Assembly (NCBI RefSeq): GCF_009914755.1
Contig: NC_060928.1
Strand: one strand, 5' to 3'
Origin: the human T2T-CHM13v2.0 reference genome, Homo sapiens
DNA: 64,000 nucleotides
Shown: piece by piece, positions 12,811 to 31,139 of the stretch
How the letters are laid out: each line of letters starts with the position of its first letter
Position numbering within the stretch: the stretch's first letter is position 1
The notes under the pieces: model-generated
Databases searched by the model: none
What the model was told of the DNA's origin: nothing
What the model saw: only the letters and a program-made list of their open reading frames with translations
Position numbers and translations under genes: made by a program

Positions 12811-13690
12811 TATTTAAATAAATCATGTTGTTTCAATATATATTTTGTTATTAAATACTTAGAGTATTTTATTTACACTAGTAATCTAAAAAAATGTAAT
12901 TTTTTCTTAATAATGGCATTACCTTAAAGTCAAAGACAATTGCTTCATTTTATGACAAATACTTCCTTGCTAACAAAAATTGTTTCTTATAAGTATGTCT
13001 TATAAGTATTTCTACTATTGTTTTAAATAATTGCTCCTTTCTCAATTGAATATTTTGTATATTGTATAGTTTGAATCTAAAATGATTATTTCTTTTAGCT
13101 TGATTTTCTAGTTTGTAAACAATGCTTAAAGATTGGCTCTAGCGCAATATAAAGTTTTAAGTGCAACATTAAATCTTCAAGAAAATCATATCATTTTGTT
13201 CAGTGTTTGTTGACAATTCTAAGAAATATGTGCCTTCTCACCTTAATATATGATATCAATAGTAAAATATGAATATGCCATCAACTGTGTGTACAGTAGA
13301 CAGGTGGTTTATTCTATGATTATAATTTAAACACATTTTTCTCTTTTCAAAGGATTTTCTAATAAATCTACCCAAATTCAAATTTGTCTTAATACACTTT
13401 ATTTAGCTAATACTTACTGACAACTATTTTCAAGCAACAATTTTGTTGCTGTTTATACAATGGTGAATTAGTTCAAATGGGTGTCTTCCTTCTTTGTAAT
13501 TATTGATGAAGTAGGGATAAATTCTGATTCAAAGGCAATTATAATAAAAATTATGATAGGAAAGTAAAGAAAAGAAAGTAAACTCTTGTGAAAGTATCTT
13601 TAAGGTACAGAAAGATGAGATTCTGCAAGGCATTTTAAGATCTATTAAAGATAATTATTTTATTTCTAGAACATAAGGTTCTAGCATTAA

Positions 13691-14072
<382 letters not shown>

Positions 14073-14143
14073 TAGGTAAGTAAGGAATAACGACCACCTA
14101 AATTATGTTGCATGAATTTGGTATAAAGAAACAGAGAACTCAC

Positions 14144-15038
14144 GAGGGAGAGCCAAGATGGCCGAATAGGAACAGCTCCGGTCTACAGCTACCAGCGTGA
14201 GCGATGCAGAAGACGGGTGATTTCTGCATTTCCATCTGAGGTACCAGGTTCATCTCACTAGGGAGCGCCAGACAGTGGGCGCAGGTCAGTGGGTGCGCGC
14301 ACCGTGCGCGAGCCGAAGCAGGGTGAGGCATTACCTCACTGGGGAAGCGCAAGGGGTCAGGGAGTTCCCTTTCCGAGTCAAAGAAAGGGGTGATGGACGC
14401 ACCTGGAAAATAGGGTCACTCCCACCCGAATACTGCGCTTTTCTGACGGGCTTAAAAAATGGCGCACCACGAGACTATATCCCACACCTGGCTCGGAGGG
14501 TCCTACGCCCACGGAGTCTTGCTGATTGCTAGCACAGCAGTCTGAGATCAAACTGCAAGGCGGCAGCCAGGCTGGGGGAGGGACGCCCGCCATTGCCCAG
14601 GCTTGATTAAGTAAACAAAGCAGCCGGGAAGCTCGAACTGGGTGGAGCCCACCACAGCTCAAGGAGGCCTGCCTGCCTCTGTAGGCTCCACCTCTGGGGG
14701 CAGGGCACAGACAAAAAGACAGCAGTAACCTCTGCAGACTTAAATGTCCCTGTCTGACAGCTTTGAAGAGAGCAGTCTCAGCATGCAGCTGGGGATCTGA
14801 GAACGGGCAGACTGCCTCCTCAAGTGGGTCCCTGACCCCTGACCCCCGAGCAGCCTAACTGGGAGGCACCCCCCAGCAGGGACACACTGACACCTCACAC
14901 GGCAGGGTATTCCAACAGACCTGCAGCTGAGGGTCCTCTCTGTTAGAAGGAAAACTAACAAACAGAAAGGACATCCACACAAAAAACCCATCTGTACATC
15001 ACCATCATCAAAGACCAAAAGTAGATAAAACCACAAAG
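14144..15038 (+). promoter_or_regulatory. L1 5'UTR: CpG-rich sense promoter with YY1 site (14154-14162) and antisense promoter
   Basis: caagatggcc YY1 motif and many retained CpGs; promoter activity is established for the family, not shown for this copy. Confidence 0.8.
14378..14593 (-). CDS. ORF0: L1 ORF0, 71 aa, reading frame intact
   Basis: ATG at 14593-14591; MAGVPPPAWLPPCSLISDCCASNQQDSVGVGPSEPGVGYSLVVRHFLSPSEKRSIRVGVTLFSRCVHHPFL matches primate ORF0. Confidence 0.85.
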   Translation of the reverse strand: MAGVPPPAWLPPCSLISDCCASNQQDSVGVGPSEPGVGYSLVVRHFLSPSEKRSIRVGVTLFSRCVHHPFL

Positions 15039-16052
15039 ATGGGGAAAAAACAGAACAGAAAAACTGGAAACTCTAAAAAGCAGAGCGCCTCTCCTCCTCC
15101 AAAGGAACGCAGTTCCTCACCAGCAACGGAACAAAGCTGGATGGAAAATGACTTTGATGACCTGAGAGAAGAAGGCTTCAGACGATCAAATTACTCTGAG
15201 CTACGGGACATTCAAACCAAAGGCAAAGAAGTTGAAAACTTTGAAAAAAATTTAGAAGAATGTCTAACTAGAATAACCAATACAGAGAAGTGCTTAAAGG
15301 AGCTGATGGAGCTGAAAACCAAGGCTCGAGAACTACATGAAGAATGCAGAAGACTCAGGAGCCGATGCGATCAACTGGAAGAAAGGGTATCAGCGATGGA
15401 AGATGAAATGAATGAAATGAAGTGAGAAGGGACGTTTAGAGAAAAAAGAATAAAAAGAAACGAGCAAAGCCTCCAAGAAATATGGGACTATGTGAAAAGA
15501 CCAAATTTACGTCTGATTGGTGTACCTGAAAGTGACGGGGAGAATGGAACCAAGTTGGAAAACACTCTGCAGGATATTATCCAGGAGAACTTCCCCAATC
15601 TAGCAAGGCGGGCCAATGTTCAGATTCAGGAAATACAGAGAATGCCACAAAGATACTCCTCGAGAAGAGCAACTCCAAGACACATAATTGTCAGATTCAC
15701 CAAAGTTGAAATGAAGGAAAAAATGTTAAGCGCAGCCAGAGAGAAAGGTCGGGTTACCCTCAAAGGGAAGCCCATCAGACTAACAGTGGATCTCTCAGCA
15801 GAAACCCTACAAGCCAGAAGAGAGTGGGGGCCAATATTCAACATTCTTAAAGAAAAGAATTTTCAACCCAGAATTTCATATCCAGCCAAACTAAGCTTCA
15901 TAAGTGAAGGAGAAATAAAATACTTTATAGACAAGCAAATGCTGAGAGATTTTGTCACCACCAGGCCTGCCCTAAAAGAGCTCCTGAAGGAAGCGCTAAA
16001 CATGGAAAGGAACAACCGGTACCAGCCGCTGCAAAATCATGCCAAAATGTAA
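15039..16052 (+). pseudogene. ORF1: L1 ORF1p with premature stop
   Basis: MGKKQNRKTGNSK...; CGA>TGA stop at 15423-15425; one-codon deletion (ELRDIQ); C-terminus ...QNHAKM. Confidence 0.95.
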
Positions 16053-16100
16053 AGACCATCGAGACTAGGAAGAAACTGCGTCAACTAAAGACCAAAATAA

Positions 16101-19940
<3,840 letters not shown>

Positions 19941-21954
19941 ACAATGAGAACACATGGACACAGGAAGGGGAACATCACACTCTGGAGACTGTTGTGGCGT
20001 GGGGGGAGAGGGGAGGTATGGCATTGGGAGATATACCTAATGCTAGATGATGAGTTGGTGGGTGCAGCGCACCAGCATGGCACATGTATACATATGTAAC
20101 TAACCTGCACATTGTGCACATGTACCCTAAAACTTAAAGTATAATAATAAAAAAAATAATAATTAAAAAAAAGAAACAGAAAACATGAAGAGAGAAATAA
20201 AAAATAACTATGACTTAATCAATGAATGGTTGGATTGAGGGACAATGAAAATGAAAAACTCTAGGAGAGCACTTGGATTTATGGTGAGAATATCTTGGTC
20301 TATTTGTGCGCTTTTGCATGACACAGGGGGATGACCTGGTTGAAGAATGAGAAGAGACTACGGGTTCAGTTTTAGATATGATATTAAAGTATAGAAAGAG
20401 CCCTTTGTAGCAACCTTGCTTCAGTGGATGGAGGATTCCACAGTTTAAAAGTTTATTCATCTATAAATCCATGTGTTTAAATAAGCTTACCAGGAAGTTA
20501 GGGTATGCAGCATACTAAAAGGTAAATTACAATTTAGATAAAATCAGGGAAGAAAGTAAAGTGTTGAGATTCCCTCAAGTCTTTACTTGATGTTGATATT
20601 ATATGAAATATAATATCATATTTATTTTATAATTAAAGGAAATGATATCTAAAACATAATGATGTTGATATTATGTGATATTATATTTACTTTTATGTTG
20701 ATATTATGTGAAAATATTTGTGTACTTATTGTTTTGAACTACATCTGTTTAAAAAGTAGAGAAAATTTCCTTTAGTATCTTAATGAGAATGGATAAGTTG
20801 TAATTTTGTCATCACTTTAATCATCTTAAATATGAAAGAAGAGATGGGTTACACCAACAAGAAGCACAGACTTTATTGTATCCTTATTGTTGACAATACA
20901 GGAATCTTTGGATCTCTCTCTCAAAAATCAGGATAGTGGATTTCTCCAAATTTACTGTGAATTTTGTATAAACAATGCAAGTAACATATGATTTTACTTA
21001 TTTTGAGAGAAATAAAGAGAAACTTTATTGAAAATTATTTCTGCCCATTATCTGTCCCTAAGTGTTTTGATCACTCTCTGATTTATTTCAGTAAACTATT
21101 ATGAGGTTAATAAGGAAAAGGGAACCTCCTGAAATGTAGAAAAAATTTACCTAATAAAATGAGGGATATATAAAGGGCAATATTTTTTAGATACATGTTT
21201 CAGATGCTTGGGAATAATACCAGGCCATAATATAGATAATGGTAAATAAATAATTTAAACCATGAGAGGGGATAATATTTCCCATGGAGAGTGTGTTGAG
21301 TGATAAAAGAGAGTATTATAGGAGATAATTCTCAAAACTATGAGTTTAATGAACGAGTGTAGGAAGAATACTATATATTAGAGACTTAGATGTTCTGACC
21401 ATACTGTGATATTAAAAAATAAGAAAGGAAAAAAAAAAGGAGAAGATTTAGTGGTCAACAGTGCCAAATGCTGCTGAGAAAAAATGCATAAACTCCAGAG
21501 TGCAACTGATATTGTACGTTTAAATGTAAAAGAATAGACAGAAACAGTTATTTTTGCTAAAGGATATAACTTTGCAGGTCTTGTGACAAGGAAATGAGAT
21601 TGCTCCATTATTTAACTGATATGTTAACTGTTAAATATATGCAAGGCCATCTGTGACGGTTAAGGTTTAATATATCCGGAGATATATAGAGAAGTTTCAT
21701 GAAGACATGGTAAAATTTACTACAACTATATTTGATTTTTCTTGTTTTTAAGTTAAAGAAAATAAGTGATTATTGCTTTCTTTTCTAATAAGGAATTTGA
21801 GTCATGAGAAGGTTATATAGCTCCTCCAATGTGACATGGCCAGTAAGAGGTGTATTCTGTGTTCTTTACTAATATTCTGTAGGAATAAAAAGACATTTTC
21901 TAATGTGGGGGTTTTATGGAGGTTGATGTAAGTTAGTGGAGAGAAATTGGGTGG

Positions 21955-22125
21955 CGAATTAGATAAATCAGGATCTAGTCGTCACATTTTATTATGCTGC
22001 TTTGTGATCTTGTGAGACCAAACTGCTGGATCATGTTAACTTACTTGGATATCATTTCCTTTAATTATAAAATAAACCACTTAGATTAGATTGTTTGTAA
22101 GGTCACTTTTGATTTTATAATTTTT
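21955..22125 (+). mobile_element. MIR3-like SINE relic
   Basis: catttcctttaattataaaat...ttagattagattgtttgtaaggtcactttt matches the MIR core and MIR3 tail. Confidence 0.55.
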
Positions 22126-24914
22126 GTGAGACTGTGATATAAAGGTCATAGGGTGCTTTTATTTTTTAAAGTATTGTCTCCTAGGATAACAGAATTAAGT
22201 AGTAAGAAGGCTGTCAGTTATTACATCTATCCTTCTACAATTTCTCCTGCGAATTGCTTTGATTGTTAACAAGATGATCTCTGTAATAAAATGCCTCTCT
22301 TTCCTAAGTATTGTTCAAAGTTATAATAACTTACATGAATTAACCGGCTTTTGGAAAGGTCACTTTCCCAGTAAATGGCAAATAAAAAAAAAGGTTAATA
22401 AAATGATTCAGAGTCATTTATTGTTACTTACAAGGGTTACTCTGTCTGACACCTATATGTACATAATTATAGCCAAATCTCTAAAATTGTACAAAAAGCT
22501 TTTTGCCTTTTTATTCCCCAGTCAGCAGAGCAAAGATTATATCTAACTGCCGCATTTTCACATATTTGAAAGTAACCTCTCTCCTCATAAATGTGCAACT
22601 GCTCTGGCTGGAAACAACTGTGCTGCTGCTAGATGTTTTCTGCCTACAGAAGTTTGATATGTAATAGCAAAAAAATATAGAGTGATTTTCACATCGGGAA
22701 GGAGCATCTAGCCTGGGGTTGGGAGTGGGCTGAAAAATAGGAACCTATTATAATAAATAGGTAAAGAGAGAAACACACAAACAGCAGCATGATTTATATC
22801 AGGGCCAGTAAATAGATACAATATTTAGAATCCAATTGAAAGAAGACAGAAGGTAATGTTGCTGCTTTTTATGTTTGCTACTTGGGTATTTGCATTAGAA
22901 GCATGGTCAGGGACATGAATAACATGCATATGTGAATTTCTATTATAATCCCTGGATATGACTTGGAGCTAAATTTGAGGGGGCTCTTCAGGTTAATTCT
23001 TACTGTATTCAGAAGAAAAATATTGTTGGATCCTAGCTTGAAATAAATTATTTATTTAGGATTTGGATATTTTTATAGACCCCCCCCAAATTGTTACAGA
23101 AGTTCAGTCTGCAGCATTTTTGCAAGAGACTTTTATTAGTTGATGGAGAATCCTTATCTTTGGGAAAAAAAATTAAAGTTATGTAATATGGATCCAAAGA
23201 AAAGCCTCAAGAGGCAGAGTGATGGAACAAGCTTGAATACCACCTCATGTCAGCCATCCTGTTGTACTGGGGAGTGGGCAGAGGTGACAATAGAGAGAGA
23301 AAAAAGAGAAGATAGTGCACAGAAGAAATGAGAAAGAGAGAGAGAGAGACCCTAACATATCCCAAAGTTTAATTATATAGTAGGAACTAGGACTAAAGAC
23401 AGATAGGACCCACCTGAAGGTGTTCACAGTGAATACTGTGCAAGACTGATCAATAAAGAAATGGAAAATCTGTGATCAGTTTTGTTGTGGGAACAAGCAG
23501 TTACACAATCCAGACTGAACAAAATCAGATATAATACTAGCATGACTTCTGAGACTTGTGTGAGAACTATTCTGCCAAAATGTGGAGTATTTTTGGATTC
23601 AAACAGTAAAACTCCCAACTGAATTTTCTTCTCCCTTCTCTAACACCTAATTTATAGCAACTATACAAGAAAATGGAGATTATTCTAGTTTAATAAGTAA
23701 AGACACAGAATATTACACAGCTGAGAATAAAGAAGCAGCTCCTAGACTATTCTTCACGTTGGAGCTTATACTGATTAGTCAATACAATACTCAGAATCCT
23801 CTCACACACACAACATTAGTAAATCTGAAATCTGAGTGGTTATCTGTATTTTTTTCCTATTTACAAGCTCTAAGGAAAAATGAATGAAACAGAAAAACAA
23901 AGAATGTGGACAATGAAGATCATTTCAGTATTATAGAATGAAATCAGAAAATGATTTAAGTCCACCCACCAAATAATTAGAATGAATACTAGTACAAAAG
24001 TCTCAGCAAAGTCTTAGAAGTAAGGGAAGCACAAAGGAATAGAATACACTACTTTCCCTAAGTTTTCTTTCATCCTCTGCTATTTCCTCAGGCAACAGAA
24101 AGTTGAGAGAATAAGAAAACACTGTTCTTAAACCATAACTTGGGGTACATTCTCAGATACTACAGGAAGAGTTAAATCTGAGCAAGAGGAAAATAAACAA
24201 CTATTCATGCATTCCATGGGAAGAAAGTCACACACTCTCCAAACAATAAATAAAATGAAACAGACAGAAACATAGGTCAATAAAGGGAAGATAATTCTAC
24301 ATGATTGCGTGATACAGAGAGTTATTTAATTAGAACATGAACTTAATATAAAGAGCAATTAGAAGAAATAATAAAACAGCAGAAAGAGATAAGAAGAGAG
24401 ATTACAAAAAGAACAAGTAGAAGACCAAAACAACACGACTATGCAATTATTAAATAAATTGAAAATACCACTACAATTAAATCACATAGGAAAAGATTAA
24501 GATAATAAATAGCATACACATAAAACTGACAAAAATGTTAATGCATTTAGTGATATCATCCGACATAAATGTAATTGTTGCTTATGTTAGGGAATCAAGA
24601 AATGAAACAGATCTACTCGAAGATATAATCCAGAGAACTTCTAGGGTATAATTTAAAAAAATAATTTGCAGACATAAGAACCCTCTGAGTTCCATAGTGA
24701 GTGGAGATATGTACACCTATAGTTTTTAATGACTAAAGACTAATTTCTCAAATATATGTACTAAAAACAAGAAAAAATAGAAGATGTGTGCCTAAGGAGG
24801 AGGGTATGGTAGAAATATTTCAGCTTGACTTAAAATTACTTAACAATATTAAATGAAAGAAAATCAAAGAAGGCTTATAAATTTCTGAAGAAACGTATGA
24901 CTTCATATTAATAT

Positions 24915-25328
24915 ATGTCTCTTCCCTGTGCTGGCTTCCCTGGGTGGAGTGTATGTCATCCCTCCCTTGCACAAGAGGGCAAGAGATGTAGTGGCAAATC
25001 TGAACATCAACTATACAAGGGCTGGCATTACTACTCCTTCCCTCTTTATTTAGCTGAAATGCGGGAAGGTTACCTTGCTTGAGTGAGAGGGCATGTAGAG
25101 TGTCATTGAGGCATAAGATACATGAGCAAAAAGCCATCTCAGCTGTTCCAACCTTGGCAGTTGGAATCATTTCAGATAAAGCTCTGGATATTCTAGAAAA
25201 GAGATCAAGTATCCTACCAGCCTCTTTCTGCATTTCTATTCCACAAAATGGTGAGAAAAAATAAAAGGTTTGCTATTTTAAGCCAAGAAGTCGTAGGGTT
25301 TTTAATGCAGTCGTAGATATTTAAGACA
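24915..25328 (+). mobile_element. MLT1 (H/G-like) LTR
   Basis: 3' end aataaaaggtttgctattttaagcc...atgcagtcgtagatatttaagaca. Confidence 0.7.
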
Positions 25329-25934
25329 ACGTATGTAATCAAAATATCATTTTAAAATAAGAGCAACAAATAGATATTTGCAAATATATCCTTTTAAATG
25401 AAGGAATGAAGTGCTAATTAATAATCCTTGGTAAAATTACTATCCAATCAAGATTGAATTAAAGTTTTTTAAAATAAAAAAGAGTGTTAAGAGCTAGTTA
25501 TGAGCATTTAATTCATTCAAAAATAATGATGCTACTGAAAACTTACTTCTGGATATAAAACAGAATTATATGAACTTGGGTAATGTGAAAATAATCACAT
25601 AACTAAGCAAAATTGAGGGCAGAGAAAATTGGAGAACTAGGCAATTGCTAATATCATTTCTTAGTAAAGAGGCAAACCACAGAGCTTACAAGAGCCATCT
25701 TAATGCCTTTGAAAAGTTCTTAACCTTAGTGAACTCTGTCAGAAAGTAGTATTATTTATGTACTACACACATTTGTTTCAGTATCAACAATTCTCTCGTT
25801 TTCATTTTAACTTCTTATGTAAAAATTTAGCAAACATAAATTGAGTTATTATATTCAAAATATCTATAGCATAATTCTATTTTTAGAAATGTTTCATTTT
25901 CACATGCATATATACATCAAATAATGTCTCTAGT

Positions 25935-26105
25935 TGCATTATTCAATACAGTAGCCACAAGCCATACAAGGCTATTTAAACTAAAATTAATAAAATTAAG
26001 TGAGATTAGAAATGCAGTTTTTTAGTTTCACTAACCACATTTAAGTGCTTAATAGTCATATTTGGCTATTATGACTGGCCACTATATTGTAAATGTAGAT
26101 ATAAA
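25935..26105 (-). mobile_element. MER3 (hAT-Charlie)
   Basis: caatacagtagccacaagccat...gctatttaaa...ctaaccacatttaagtgcttaatag matches the MER3 consensus. Confidence 0.8.
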
Positions 26106-26338
26106 CTGAAGTCCACATAATGTTAACAGTGATTACTTATATTAAAATTTGCCTTTTAAAATATTTTACTTCTTTTCATGTATTTTCTAAGTTATTTGAA
26201 TATTTTTTAGCATGCTTGTGTCATTTTTTAACAAAAAGAACTTACGTTAATTCTGAATGATGAAGATATAGAAGGTTATCATTTATATTTTATACCTTTA
26301 GTATTTTAAACATTAAAATAAATAAAACATACAATGTA

Positions 26339-26407
26339 TTGAAATTCTCTGTACTTTCTGTTCAGTTTAGCTGCGAACCTAAAACTGCTATAAAGTCTAT
26401 TACAGAC
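26339..26407 (+). mobile_element. Very short L1MC/MD 3'-end fragment
   Basis: ctctgtactttctgttcagtttagctgcgaacctaaaactgcta...taaagtctatt, flanked by acaatgta on both sides. Confidence 0.65.
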
Positions 26408-28754
26408 ACAATGTAAAAATAGTTGAGAACATATTCTTGGTAATAGTCTTTGAAAAACTTGAAGGTAAGAAAGCTCATGGTGGAAATGGGAATTTATAAG
26501 TAGTTTGGCGTATTTGTCCTATTGAGTGTGATTATAGTTAAGACGTAGAGCTAGGCAGGAGTTCTTGAAGGGCCCTATGTAATTGCTAAAGTATTTGAAC
26601 TTTATCTTAACTATGAGAAAAACAGTGAGTGAAACATGATGACTAGAATTCTGCTACTTGAGAAGTTGGGTTAATGATGGAGCACAGATTACTGTACAGA
26701 TCCATCAAGAACTCCAGAGACCTCTGTCCAGTCCTACTTTAGCAATATCAGCTTGGTTATGAGTTTTACCAAATCAGTACAGCTTCAGTGCAGTCTCTGG
26801 CTAGTGCAGCTTATCTTTAGTAACAGCAGCAGCAATAGGAATAGGAGACCCAACCTTGGTCAGCACCAGGGAGCTTGGCATTAAATCTTCTCAGACCACA
26901 AAAGCTGGAGGGAAGAAAAATGGCAATTGTCATTCACTATGTGAGGGGGCTGATTATTAGTGCCACTGAGGGACCACTGAGGATAGACTGGAAATGGAGT
27001 TGAGAGTGTATTTTGAATAATGGCTGACAGTTTTATAAGAAATCACTATGACAAAGATAAAGTAACAATTTTTATGCTTCTATTTTGAACATAAATTTTA
27101 CCTCCAGATTTTTGTAATCTGCAATAGGACAAAATATATCAAATGATATAAGCCTTAGTTTTTGCTTTTGTTTTTTTATCTTGTAGTGTAATGGGAAAAA
27201 TCAATTGTTTATTAAAAAGGGTTATAAAACACCACAGTCCTTTCCAAAGTATGACAGAATTTGGGTTCTCTTGCTCTATTAGTCCCCTCTGGTTGATCCA
27301 GTCTTCCTTCATGGATTTCGAACTCCCTTGGGCTATGGTAAGGAAAGAAGAAGCCATCGACTTTTATCTGCATATGTTTTATCTCTGCCTGTGAGAATTC
27401 TGCAATTTTCCAGTCTATGATTTTTGCCAATTAGTGATACTGTTCAGTTGAATGTCCCTTTACAGTCTCATCACTGAGCTTTTCTGTATACAGTAGATTC
27501 CCTCTCTGAAAGACACCACTGGGCTGTGTGCTCAGTACTTCTTACCAACGATTTTTTCTGTTGATATTTTATTACATTTATTGTTACTATTATTATATAT
27601 TTTTTGTTGTTAAAGGCTAGTGTACTTAGGAAAGGAATATAGTTTACACATAAATATATTTTCCTAATTGTTCTCATGTGAACATGTGCATTAACATTGT
27701 CAGCAGTATTATTTTTGAATATAAAATATGGGTTATATTGCTTTGAGTGAGTTGGAATTTGTGTTTCTTACTCTGCTAGATTAAAACCACTGGCCATTTT
27801 GTGTGTTCTTGGATCAAGCACTTATTTTAGTACATGAGTAATCACACTAATAATGATAATAACAACAATAGCAACTACATACAAAGCAGCTTTAAAGACA
27901 GAAAAGGAAGTGCAATGTAGCAACTCTCACATTTCCTTTTACCAGCAATAAAAATCATTTGGGAAAAAGAAAGAAGTGAAAAAAAAACAGGCAAAGTTAG
28001 TTTCAGAGTGCTGAGATAGTCTGTATTTTAGAACGTATTGATTTACAATGTCAGTATTATGAAATGCTTTTTTGATTTCCAATGGCCTGCTATCATACAG
28101 CCTTATTTTTCTGTAATTGACACATGAAAAATATAACTTTTATATTTGTTGCATTAAATACACACATGAGGCAAGTATTCTAAGCTTGGATACCTCTATA
28201 GACTTAATGATTTAGTGCTGCAAAATGTTTAAAGATACTTTGAATAAATATTGATTCTTGGAACTCAGCCAATCTCTGAAAAGAGTATTGTTAAGACTTG
28301 ACAGTGAACTGAAAAATATATATTTCTCTTTAACCCCAAAATCTACTCACAGAGTAGTAAGTAAAAGAACAGTATTAAAAATGACTTGGAATTAAATGTT
28401 TAAAATTTCTTTTATTTTACCATCTCTTTAGCATTCACTATAAAAGTCAACCTGCCCATTACTCCAAATAAAATGCAAGAAGGGGAAATCATAAAGGTTT
28501 TTGTAACTGGAAAATACAGAAATTTTGTATGTCTAGTGGAAAATAACAAATCTTCCATTTTTGTTAGATTATGTTACTTTTAGCCTCAACTCTGCATTAT
28601 TTGGGACTAACTATGCTGAATGCTGCCAAGTCCAAATTTACAGGTAGCAATATGACTAAGTGTAAAGAACTATCCTAAAGAAGTACTGCAGAGTCCTTGT
28701 GCACTTGCTGTCCTGCTCCTACCCTAGTCAGGGTAAGAAGCAAATTATGGATTC

Positions 28755-28870
28755 ATTTATAAAGTCAAATAGACCTGATTGCAAATCTTACCTTTGCTGC
28801 TCCATTGCTATGTAATCTCAAATGATATCTTTGATATTTATAAGTTCGTTTCTTCTTTCTATCAAAGAAA
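28755..28870 (+). mobile_element. MIR relic
   Basis: agtcaaatagacctgattgcaaatc...gctatgtaatct. Confidence 0.55.
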
Positions 28871-30124
28871 ACAAAAAATAAAAGCATTTATTTAAATTAT
28901 TATTCGATTGTCCCTAATTCAGTTGAGAATTTTGTATTAAACTTACAAGATTCAGTGTAGCAAATGATGAGATTTATATATTACTTGGAATTTTTTCAAC
29001 TTTATAGCTCAGAACACAGATTCTATCCCTGCATTAACTCTGCCTCAATGTTAATTATTGTTAAGACAATTGCATTGAGAAAGGCCGTAAGAACATCATT
29101 TGTTTTAAGTTCAACAGGAGAAAATATGGTGATTAATTAGTGATATTCAAGGCTGGAGGAGGGCTGTGAATGCTGTGAATTTGCTAGACTTCTAAACCAT
29201 CAATCATGGCCTTAGTATGTTTTTATGGACAACATCTGATATCCTATTAATATTACCAGGATTGGTAGCATACAGTAAGAAAAAAATGATAAATATGAAA
29301 CCAGAAGGCTTAGATATATGGAGAAATATGCTTACTAGATTTTCAACTTTGGATATATTCAAATTCTTCCTAGTCCTTTTGCTTTATGTCTACAATTATA
29401 TCAAAAATACCAATTTATAATACTGTTATGAGATGTAAATAGAATAATTTTAGTGAAAGCACTATAACAATTATATTTTGTTATAATGAATTATAATGAA
29501 TATGTAATGTCTCATATTCATTATTTTACTATATATCATATTTAGACAATGCATCTGATTTAATATGAGACATACATTTGGGTTGGGTTTTTCCAATTGG
29601 TAAATGTAGGCTATTTCAGTGAGTTGCAAAGTCTTTTCTTTAGTTCTTTTAAAATCCCTTCTTTCCAAAATCATTAATGTAGTTTAATAAAAATTTTCTA
29701 TATTATAATGGAATAGAAAACACAAACCATTATTCTGCACCTGAATTGTGATGATGATAGTAGGCATGGTTACTATTAAATTGATGTCAGATATTTATAT
29801 GCACATGCTTTTATTCTCAAAGAAATTGTTTTTTCCTCATTTTGTATTTGATTGATTATCAAAAGCATTTAATATTCAGGTAATTGATTTTCAAGCTCCT
29901 TAATTTCATGAGTGAGGGAATAAATTATTTTGTATGTGAAAATCTGTGCCCAATGTCTTCAAGGTCATATAGAAAGAATACATTTTAATTCTGTTAAAAC
30001 ATATGAGTAAATTGGCACCAATACTTAAACTTTAAAAGGTTGACTAAACCTAGAGTTTCCTCTCACAGTTTTTTTTTCTTAAGAATTTAGAATTGCTTCC
30101 TCTATTTTTTTTTTTTGCCCTCTA

Positions 30125-30790
30125 AACCTAATTCATTAACAAGTAGCAACTTTTACCTCCTAAATATCTCTTCATTTCTTTCTTTCTATATTTAAAACCA
30201 GTGACCTGATCCTCAAATTACTAACATTTTTCCCTTATTCCCCTGCAATAAGCTCCTATATTTTCAACATACCTTCTGGCCACTTTGCTAATCTCCTTTC
30301 CACAGTGAAAATTAGTTTATCATTCAAATAAATCACATCTAATCTTGACACACTTTCCTGCTGAAAATGGCATTTTATGTTTCCTCCTTATTTCTTTAGA
30401 CTCATCCAGTCCTATAGTCCTTTGTTCTCTTTCCTCCATACAGTTAGGTCTCCATTCAGTTTTCATCCTTCTTTCTTTCACCAGTCTCTTTGTTCATGGT
30501 GTCACCTGTATCTGACATGTTTTTCCTTTCATCACATTAAATTCTCAGGTCAGTCATATTTTCCTCAGAGAAGCATTTTAAAAACTCAATTATTTGCCCA
30601 TACCCCAATACAAGTTGTCATAGAGATATGTTTCTTTTAGTATTTTTCAATATTACAATTTTATACTAGTATATGCAAATATTTATTAATATATAGCCTT
30701 ACTTAAGGATATACAGTTCATGAGGGCTGAACTTTTCAGTTTTTTCAGTACGTCACTAAATCATCTTATCCTAGAACAACTGTGCATATT
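30125..30790 (+). mobile_element. L2 3' region
   Basis: Pyrimidine-rich L2 motifs (ttacctcctaaatatctc; catgagggc; tcctagaacaactgtgcata). Confidence 0.6.
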
Positions 30791-30803
30791 CTATTTTATT
30801 TAC

Positions 30804-31129
<326 letters not shown>

Positions 31130-31139
31130 GCACACTGAG

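Larger units (their letters stand above)
23545..26235 (+). mobile_element. Ancient HAL1/L1ME-type element, interrupted by MLT1 and MER3
   Basis: A-rich ORF1-like region with gatataatccagagaactt (DIIQENF) near 24620, no ORF2, and an L1ME-like 3' tail at 26110-26235. Confidence 0.5.

Noticed and set aside
20588-20710. Three copies of (tg)atgttgatattat resembling spaced repeats or a CRISPR array
   Set aside because: Irregular spacing in a eukaryotic AT-rich context; local duplication
24820-25233. 137-aa ORF on the minus strand
   Set aside because: Lies mostly antisense within an MLT1 LTR; no domain evident
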